A stretch of 64,000 nt of DNA, taken from positions 5,251 through 69,250 of the forward strand of contig WTZQ01000003.1 of NCBI GenBank assembly GCA_009889635.1, given 5' to 3'. This DNA is from Candidatus Hikarchaeum yamanae. GTDB lineage: Archaea > Halobacteriota > Halobacteria > Halobacteriales > Hikarchaeaceae. Under the pieces are notes generated by a model. It was not told where the DNA came from. It was given only the letters and a program-made list of their open reading frames with translations, and ran no database searches. Each line of letters begins with the position of its first letter. Positions within the stretch are counted from its first letter, which is position 1. The position numbers and the translations under genes are program-made. Of the stretch, positions 58,813 through 64,000 are shown in pieces.

Positions 58813-59859
58813 TCATTTTACCACTTCTATCTCTCCCCGATCCAATTCTTCTTCAACCATGCGCGTGGCCTTGACCATATTTACCATCTTTTTATAAGCT
58901 ACTTCTCTCGATAAGAGCTTAAGCCCGCAGTCTGGACTAACTGTTAGCCGATCAGGAGGGACTACTTCCAAACCTTTTAAAATTCGCTCTCTAACTTCCT
59001 CCACGGATTCTATCCTAGAATCGTGTACATCAATTACCCCGAATCCAATATCTTTCGTAAAGGGAACTTTCTTGAATACTTCTAGCTGGCTATAATTTCC
59101 ATTGGCCAGTTCTACATCAAATTCATCAACCGGAAAATCCAATATTTTTGGAAAAATTCTTGAATAATCCCCGTAACACACATGAAGTCCAACTCTCACA
59201 TCATCTGCAATTCCATTTGTTATTCTCTCTAAACACTTCCTCACCACTTTATGATCCTCCGGGGTAGTGGCTAGTGCTGGTTCATCAATTTGAATATATC
59301 TCACCCCTGCACCAACTAGATTCTTTATTTCCATGTTGACAAGTTCTGCCAATTCATAGGACAGCGCATCTTCATCTTTATAAAATTCATTGAAACTCCA
59401 ATTTGCTAGCGTGTATGGCCCTGTTATGGGGACCTTTATAGGCTTTTCAGAGATCTTTACATTGCATTTGTATTCTTCAAGAAGCCACGGTTCTCTGTAT
59501 GACACCTTTTCAACCACGGATGGTTTATCAAAATAATTATGGCCCCAGACTTTTACTGGCCCATTAAATTCATATCCTTGTATCCTTTCTGCAAAATACT
59601 CAACCATTTCATTCCTTCTCATTTCTCCATCCACCACAACGTCTAGACCGGCCTCTTCATGCTCTTTTATAATTATTGTGGATGCATCATTTTTTGCTTC
59701 AGTATATTGATCCCTTGAATCTTTGTTAGAATGAACATGATATGATTCACGGGCTCGATTGAGCCATTTTGGTTTAGGATATGAACCAACCACCGTTGTC
59801 AGTATGAAATGGTCATTCGGATGATCCACTGGACGAAATTGAGACCTATTGTCCCTCAC
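58813..59859 (-). CDS. metE: cobalamin-independent methionine synthase, catalytic (MetE C-terminal-like) protein
   Basis: Zn-ligand motifs GLHVCYGDY (H-x-C) and SPDCGLK; 348 aa; GTG start overlapping the upstream stop (GTGA). Confidence 0.8.
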   Translation of the reverse strand: MRDNRSQFRPVDHPNDHFILTTVVGSYPKPKWLNRARESYHVHSNKDSRDQYTEAKNDASTIIIKEHEEAGLDVVVDGEMRRNEMVEYFAERIQGYEFNGPVKVWGHNYFDKPSVVEKVSYREPWLLEEYKCNVKISEKPIKVPITGPYTLANWSFNEFYKDEDALSYELAELVNMEIKNLVGAGVRYIQIDEPALATTPEDHKVVRKCLERITNGIADDVRVGLHVCYGDYSRIFPKILDFPVDEFDVELANGNYSQLEVFKKVPFTKDIGFGVIDVHDSRIESVEEVRERILKGLEVVPPDRLTVSPDCGLKLLSREVAYKKMVNMVKATRMVEEELDRGEIEVVK

Positions 59860-60857
59860 AATGCCTCCTCCATACCTGCAATAGAACCCAATACTGTTAA
59901 TTTTTCTGTAAATCGATTCTCAGGCAAATAAAATAATCCCGTATTGGGATTTACAACCACGCGTTGTATGTCCGGATTTTTTTCAAGCATTCCTTTAATT
60001 AGATTTTGGACCTCCTCAGGGGACTCGACGTTGGTATTTTGCCCATTAATTGCCCCCACAGAGGCCATTTTTGGGGCCCCTTGTTCACTTAATAATTTCA
60101 AATTGGATTCTGCTGCTGTAACAAAATCAAAACCAATTCCCACACCCAATTCAAGTAATGTGGCATACGTTTCTTCGTCGAATGCACCCCAATAAGTTTG
60201 GATAATAAGTTCTTTTTTCACCACACTTTTTATTTTTTTGAGTAGATCGGCGATTAATTCTTTTTCGTCACCGTGAGGTGGGTCAACTGCCAATGATGGT
60301 TCCAGCAATGTTAAATAACTCATTTCAGGGAATCCTTGAATTTCTTCTCGCACAAATCCCCCCATTGCTTCAAGAAACTTAGTTTCTGAACCATAGTATT
60401 CATCCGTAGCAAGTTTTGATAGTGAATATGGGCCTGGAAATATCGCACTAGGCGTGCTGACCAATTCAGACGTTTTTTCTAGTTCTCTTGCCACATCTCC
60501 ATTGCTAGTAAGTTCACCCACAACTACCGGTTCTCTATAGAAATTATTATTGTCATAATACCGAACCAAACCCCTTGCTTCCACCGACTCGTGGACAATA
60601 AGTGGGTGGACCAGCATATCGTCCCACCTAAGCTGCCCTTCCACAATTAAGTCTATACCTGCAGTTTGCTGCTCCCCTATTATAAACTCCCTTGCAGAAT
60701 CATAAACAGCATTAATCAATGAGCTTTCATTCCCACTAATAAGTCCATCCCTTTGGTGGCCTTTTAATTTAGATAATTCATCTTTCGTCCAATCAGGGAG
60801 TGGATATAAACCCAATGAGGACGACATAATCTCAACCATGAAACTATACTCGTTCAT
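59856..60857 (-). CDS. MetE N-terminal-domain-like protein (no Zn ligands)
   Basis: 333 aa, same barrel-like layout as the neighbour, but IQTYWGAFDE and NPNTGLFYLP replace the H-x-C and C motifs. Confidence 0.65.
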   Translation of the reverse strand: MNEYSFMVEIMSSSLGLYPLPDWTKDELSKLKGHQRDGLISGNESSLINAVYDSAREFIIGEQQTAGIDLIVEGQLRWDDMLVHPLIVHESVEARGLVRYYDNNNFYREPVVVGELTSNGDVARELEKTSELVSTPSAIFPGPYSLSKLATDEYYGSETKFLEAMGGFVREEIQGFPEMSYLTLLEPSLAVDPPHGDEKELIADLLKKIKSVVKKELIIQTYWGAFDEETYATLLELGVGIGFDFVTAAESNLKLLSEQGAPKMASVGAINGQNTNVESPEEVQNLIKGMLEKNPDIQRVVVNPNTGLFYLPENRFTEKLTVLGSIAGMEEAL

Positions 60858-61002
60858 GTGACCACATTAATATTCCCTTTCCAAATTATGTGGAATAGCA
60901 TATATTGATATATCCTCACAGTTGTCTTTATTGAATTTTTGTTCCATTGGAACCAAAGGGCACCATAAATGCAATACGAAGAGCTATGTGAAAGTGAAAT
61001 TT

Positions 61003-61551
61003 TTAATAAGGTTTAATCTTAAAAACAACCAATTTTTCATCGTGATAAGTGTCCTCCGCAATAGTATTGGCATCAAATCCTTTTTCTTTTGCATACATTT
61101 CAACTTCAAATATCCCTGTTTTAGTACTGGCTAGTAGCAATGCACATCCCGATGGTGTTAACACACGTTTCAAATCATCAAGGAAATTTTCTATAATTTC
61201 CCTTCCTGTCTCCCCACCCACAGTTGCCATCTCAAACCATTCTTCAAATACATGTCCATCTTCTGGTAGGTAAGGAGGGTTGAATAGCACTATGTCAAAT
61301 GAATTTTTATCAAATGCATCCATTAAGTTCGATCGTACAATGTCAATGTTATTCTTTTTTGCGTGAGTACATGCATGGGGATTGATGTCAGATCCAATGA
61401 CTCTCAAACACTTTCCTTCTATTTTTGAAGCCACATAACCAGAACCCGTACCAATATCTAATACACAATCCATTTCTCCGACACTTTCCATTGCGCAGTT
61501 AGCCAACAGGGCCGAATCTTCTGCAGGTTTGTAAAATTTTTTTTCCATCAT
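61003..61551 (-). CDS. HemK/Mtq2-like N5-glutamine (SAM-dependent) methyltransferase
   Basis: VLDIGTGSGY SAM motif and catalytic NPPY (VLFNPPYLP). Confidence 0.8.
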   Translation of the reverse strand: MMEKKFYKPAEDSALLANCAMESVGEMDCVLDIGTGSGYVASKIEGKCLRVIGSDINPHACTHAKKNNIDIVRSNLMDAFDKNSFDIVLFNPPYLPEDGHVFEEWFEMATVGGETGREIIENFLDDLKRVLTPSGCALLLASTKTGIFEVEMYAKEKGFDANTIAEDTYHDEKLVVFKIKPY

Positions 61552-62384
61552 TAATCATCTGTAGAGTTTGCCAGAATATTGGCCAATATTGCAAAATCAG
61601 CAGGTGTCAATTCCCCGGGCCGAGAGTTCATCAACTCTTCATCTGCTAGTTCAATTAAAATAGTAGGGTTTTCTATGTGAGAAATATGGGTGGTATTTTT
61701 AATAGAATTAACCATTTTTTTACGTCTTTGTGTAAACACTGCAGTAACTAGCTGTAAAAAGGCAGCCTCATTTTCCACAATATAATCTGGTTTTGAAGGA
61801 ACCAACTTAACGATTGCACTTTCCACAGCGGGTCTAACGTTGAATGCGAGGGGGGAAACCGTTTCTATAATTTCTATATCTGCATAATGCCCTGCTGTTA
61901 TTGTGAGTCTCCCATATTCTGGTGTGTTTGGTTTTGCAACGAGACGTTGGGCAAACTCTTTTTGTACCATCAAGACTAGTGGCATTTTACTTGGAAGCAA
62001 TCTAAATAATATTTTACTAGATAATTCGTATGGCAAATTGGATACAGACACAGTATAGGGGGGCAATTGAACTTCCAAGATATCTCCTTGAATTAAATGC
62101 AATTTTTTTGTAGATATTTCCTCTTTGAATTCAAGCGAGAGAAAATCCACCAAGAGAGGATCTATTTCTATTGCAGTAACACCTCCTGAGATCTCAACAA
62201 GTTTATCGGTTAAATTCCCAATCCCTGCTCCAATTTCAAGTATGTGGTCACAATCAAATTCACGTGCATATGATTGCAATCTATTGAGGACCCCTTCGTC
62301 CATCAAAAAATATTGGTCTAAATTTTGATTTCCTTTGGTTCTTGCTTTTTTTAATAGATCTTTCGGTTTCCGCATTATATCCAA
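61551..62384 (-). CDS. rsmA: 16S rRNA (adenine1518/1519-N6) dimethyltransferase (KsgA/Dim1)
   Basis: QYFLMDEGVLNRL, ILEIGAGIGNLT, VSNLPYELSS motifs. Confidence 0.9.
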   Translation of the reverse strand: MDIMRKPKDLLKKARTKGNQNLDQYFLMDEGVLNRLQSYAREFDCDHILEIGAGIGNLTDKLVEISGGVTAIEIDPLLVDFLSLEFKEEISTKKLHLIQGDILEVQLPPYTVSVSNLPYELSSKILFRLLPSKMPLVLMVQKEFAQRLVAKPNTPEYGRLTITAGHYADIEIIETVSPLAFNVRPAVESAIVKLVPSKPDYIVENEAAFLQLVTAVFTQRRKKMVNSIKNTTHISHIENPTILIELADEELMNSRPGELTPADFAILANILANSTDD

Positions 62385-62399
62385 TAACTACCTTGTTAT

Positions 62400-62954
62400 T
62401 CATTTTGTATTGACGAATATATGATATTTGATATCTGGATTTTTTAGTTCATCTAGAATTCGATTGAGTATTATCTCTTGAGGGTTGTACAACCCCTCGA
62501 TTTTCTCTTCTAGGTCCTCGAAACTTTCAAAAGAAGAATATTTTCTCGAATTGAGGATCCTGTCCCTGATTTTCCCCCCAATCCCGGGGAGCAGATTTAG
62601 TTGATGTAATCTGATGCTTATTGGATTTGAATTGTTGAAAAAGTCGACAAATTTTTGGCTATCATTTTGGATAATTTCACGGATAATATGTTCTAATTCA
62701 GTTTTCGCCCCAACAGATAGGTCCTCATATCCAATCTCTCGAATGAATTCAATATATTCGGGATACTCGTTTACATTCAGTGGATCTCCTATAGTTCCCA
62801 ATGGACCTTGTTTAAGAACAAGTTCACACAAGACAAAGCCCTCTTCTTTTATTACTTGCAATAATTGTGGTTTTCGATATTGTGGAGATTCGTCCCCCTC
62901 CCGTCCATGTGCCAAATAGTCCAAAACTGTTACCAACTGAATATCGTGTAACAT
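62400..62954 (-). CDS. DUF655-family HhH nucleic-acid-binding protein
   Basis: FFNNSNPISIRLHQLNLLPGIGGKIRDRIL. Conserved archaeal neighbour of ksgA and rpoF. Confidence 0.8.
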   Translation of the reverse strand: MLHDIQLVTVLDYLAHGREGDESPQYRKPQLLQVIKEEGFVLCELVLKQGPLGTIGDPLNVNEYPEYIEFIREIGYEDLSVGAKTELEHIIREIIQNDSQKFVDFFNNSNPISIRLHQLNLLPGIGGKIRDRILNSRKYSSFESFEDLEEKIEGLYNPQEIILNRILDELKNPDIKYHIFVNTK

Positions 62955-63022
62955 AGACCTATCACTACATGGGTATAGATTTAAACACTTAAATAGATAA
63001 TGCCAATAAATTCAATTATTTT

Positions 63023-63379
63023 TTAGACGTATTCGGCCACTATTGATATAATTTTGTCCAATTCGTCGCCATCCAGATTATGGCGATCTTGTGCATATAC
63101 TGAACGTACTTCATCTCGGGATTGAGGGAGTAAATCCGCAATTTTACATGCATTTTGTGGACTTACCTTTTCTAATTCTAACAATTTTTTCACCAATGCT
63201 CTCGCGTCTTTTGCACTTAACACCGAAAAACGATTTACATGCTCAATTGTTCTCGCAAGTTCATAGGGCAACTCCCGCTCCTCATCCTCTACTCGTTCTT
63301 TTTCTATTTTCTGCAGATGTTGTTTCACCTCAGATACGGTCAAATAATCTTCTGAAATAATTTCTTGGAATATTGTCAT
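63023..63379 (-). CDS. rpoF: DNA-directed RNA polymerase subunit F (Rpo4)
   Basis: 118 aa. Position L21e-RpoF-DUF655-KsgA, and the pattern LTVSEVKQHL...HVNRFS...LLPQSRDEVRSVY. Confidence 0.8.
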   Translation of the reverse strand: MTIFQEIISEDYLTVSEVKQHLQKIEKERVEDEERELPYELARTIEHVNRFSVLSAKDARALVKKLLELEKVSPQNACKIADLLPQSRDEVRSVYAQDRHNLDGDELDKIISIVAEYV

Positions 63380-63384
63380 AATTG

Positions 63385-63675
63385 TTATTTTTGGGCTTTC
63401 AGGTGGGCAGCAACTGAAATTAAAACCTTTGTCTTTCCTCCATCGGTTATTTGGACTTTAAAGGCAGATCCTTGCTTTCCAACCACCTCTCCTGTGTGCC
63501 CATTGAATCTAGGGTGGAACCTCCCATCTTGTACACTTGGGTCGATTCTGAGGTGGACTTTTTGTCCATTTTCAAACTGTTGAACTATTCGCTGAGGTGG
63601 GGAAGTTCCTCTATCTCGAAGTTTATTTGTCAACTTTCGTCGAGTTTTGCTACGTGGTCCCTTTGAACTTGGCAT
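63385..63675 (-). CDS. rpl21e: 50S ribosomal protein eL21
   Basis: [15 protein letters not shown]...[15 protein letters not shown]...[13 protein letters not shown]. Confidence 0.93.
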   Translation of the reverse strand: MPSSKGPRSKTRRKLTNKLRDRGTSPPQRIVQQFENGQKVHLRIDPSVQDGRFHPRFNGHTGEVVGKQGSAFKVQITDGGKTKVLISVAAHLKAQK

Positions 63676-63717
63676 AATCTTATATATGAAATGTTAATTT
63701 AAGCAGCTTAAAACTCT

Positions 63718-63984
63718 CTATATTAGCCCCACTGCCTCAACAGCAACACTACCAACACCTTCTACCTTGGAAAGAGCCTCTTCGATCTTATCAGTTCCAC
63801 CCTCCCCATCGGGGATTAGAACTGTAGGATATAGTGCAACTAGTCCAAATGCAATGGGCTGGCGTTCAATTCCTTTTAACTCAGCCCCATCGGGGATTGC
63901 ACCTTCAATATTTTTTTCTAGCTCTTCAATATCAATTTCTGAAGTTTCTGGCATGATCTTGATTTTTGCGGCTACAGTCCCCAT
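63718..63984 (-). CDS. translation elongation factor aEF-1 beta
   Basis: 88 aa. VAAKIKIMPE...QPIAFGLVALY...VEGVGSVAVEAV pattern. Confidence 0.88.
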   Translation of the reverse strand: MGTVAAKIKIMPETSEIDIEELEKNIEGAIPDGAELKGIERQPIAFGLVALYPTVLIPDGEGGTDKIEEALSKVEGVGSVAVEAVGLI

Positions 63985-64000
63985 GGTAGCTATGGTCCCT

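Noticed and set aside
60858-61002. Riboswitch (SAM or cobalamin) in the leader of the MetE pair
   Set aside because: I saw only an AT-rich TATA-like tract and one short GTTCC-AAT-GGAAC hairpin. No multi-helix junction or conserved riboswitch core was recognisable by eye.
1-64000. CRISPR arrays, transposases, integrases, prophage or toxin-antitoxin/defence islands
   Set aside because: I saw no regularly spaced direct repeats. No ORF shows DDE, tyrosine- or serine-recombinase, Cas, restriction-modification or typical TA signatures. The window is essentially core genome.

Overview
This window is a segment of an archaeal chromosome. It is moderately AT-rich by eye, densely coded, and mostly core genome. 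I support about 83 protein genes and one tRNA (Ser-GCU). I found no rRNA, no CRISPR array, and no transposase or integrase. The archaeal assignment rests on these conserved blocks: the L11 / L1-P0-P1 stalk cluster; tRNA-Ser followed by S13-S4-S11-RpoD-L18e-L13-S9-RpoN-RpoK-enolase-S2; L7Ae-S28e-L24e-Ndk; and aEF-1beta / L21e-RpoF-DUF655-KsgA. Further archaeal markers are diphthine synthase, type II GAPDH, mevalonate kinase with isopentenyl phosphate kinase, GGPP synthase, an aRNase J-like nuclease and a two-subunit 2-oxoacid:ferredoxin oxidoreductase. An aerobic-type Rieske/cytochrome b operon with a cupredoxin, the absence of methanogenesis genes and generally acidic proteins suggest an uncultured aerobic heterotrophic euryarchaeon, for example marine Thermoplasmatota-like; that is inference only. 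Items worth a second look, roughly in order of interest:
1. nt 3-8012: a HyuB / SDR / acetone-carboxylase-gamma-like / HyuA operon flanked by a bicupin and a BKACE enzyme, a candidate ATP-dependent ketone carboxylase route.
2. nt 26.83-27.08 kb: a structured non-coding region between hsp20 and uL16 with mutually exclusive helices.
3. A recurring GCGTC-N-GACGC palindrome next to TTTATC-type TATA boxes.
4. nt 53.03-53.14 kb: a nested-helix element in the IPK / RNase J spacer.
5. The b6-type bc operon with PDWY and three unassigned small membrane ORFs.
6. A domain-I-less MutS-like ATPase in a tight three-gene unit.
7. A split MetE pair.
8. Unknown genes translationally coupled to an amidohydrolase-2/Rieske pair and to a tandem crcB pair.
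Several ORF-track starts look like artefactual 5' extensions, and corrected starts are given in the feature list. All functional calls come from motif and pattern recognition by eye; no searches were run.
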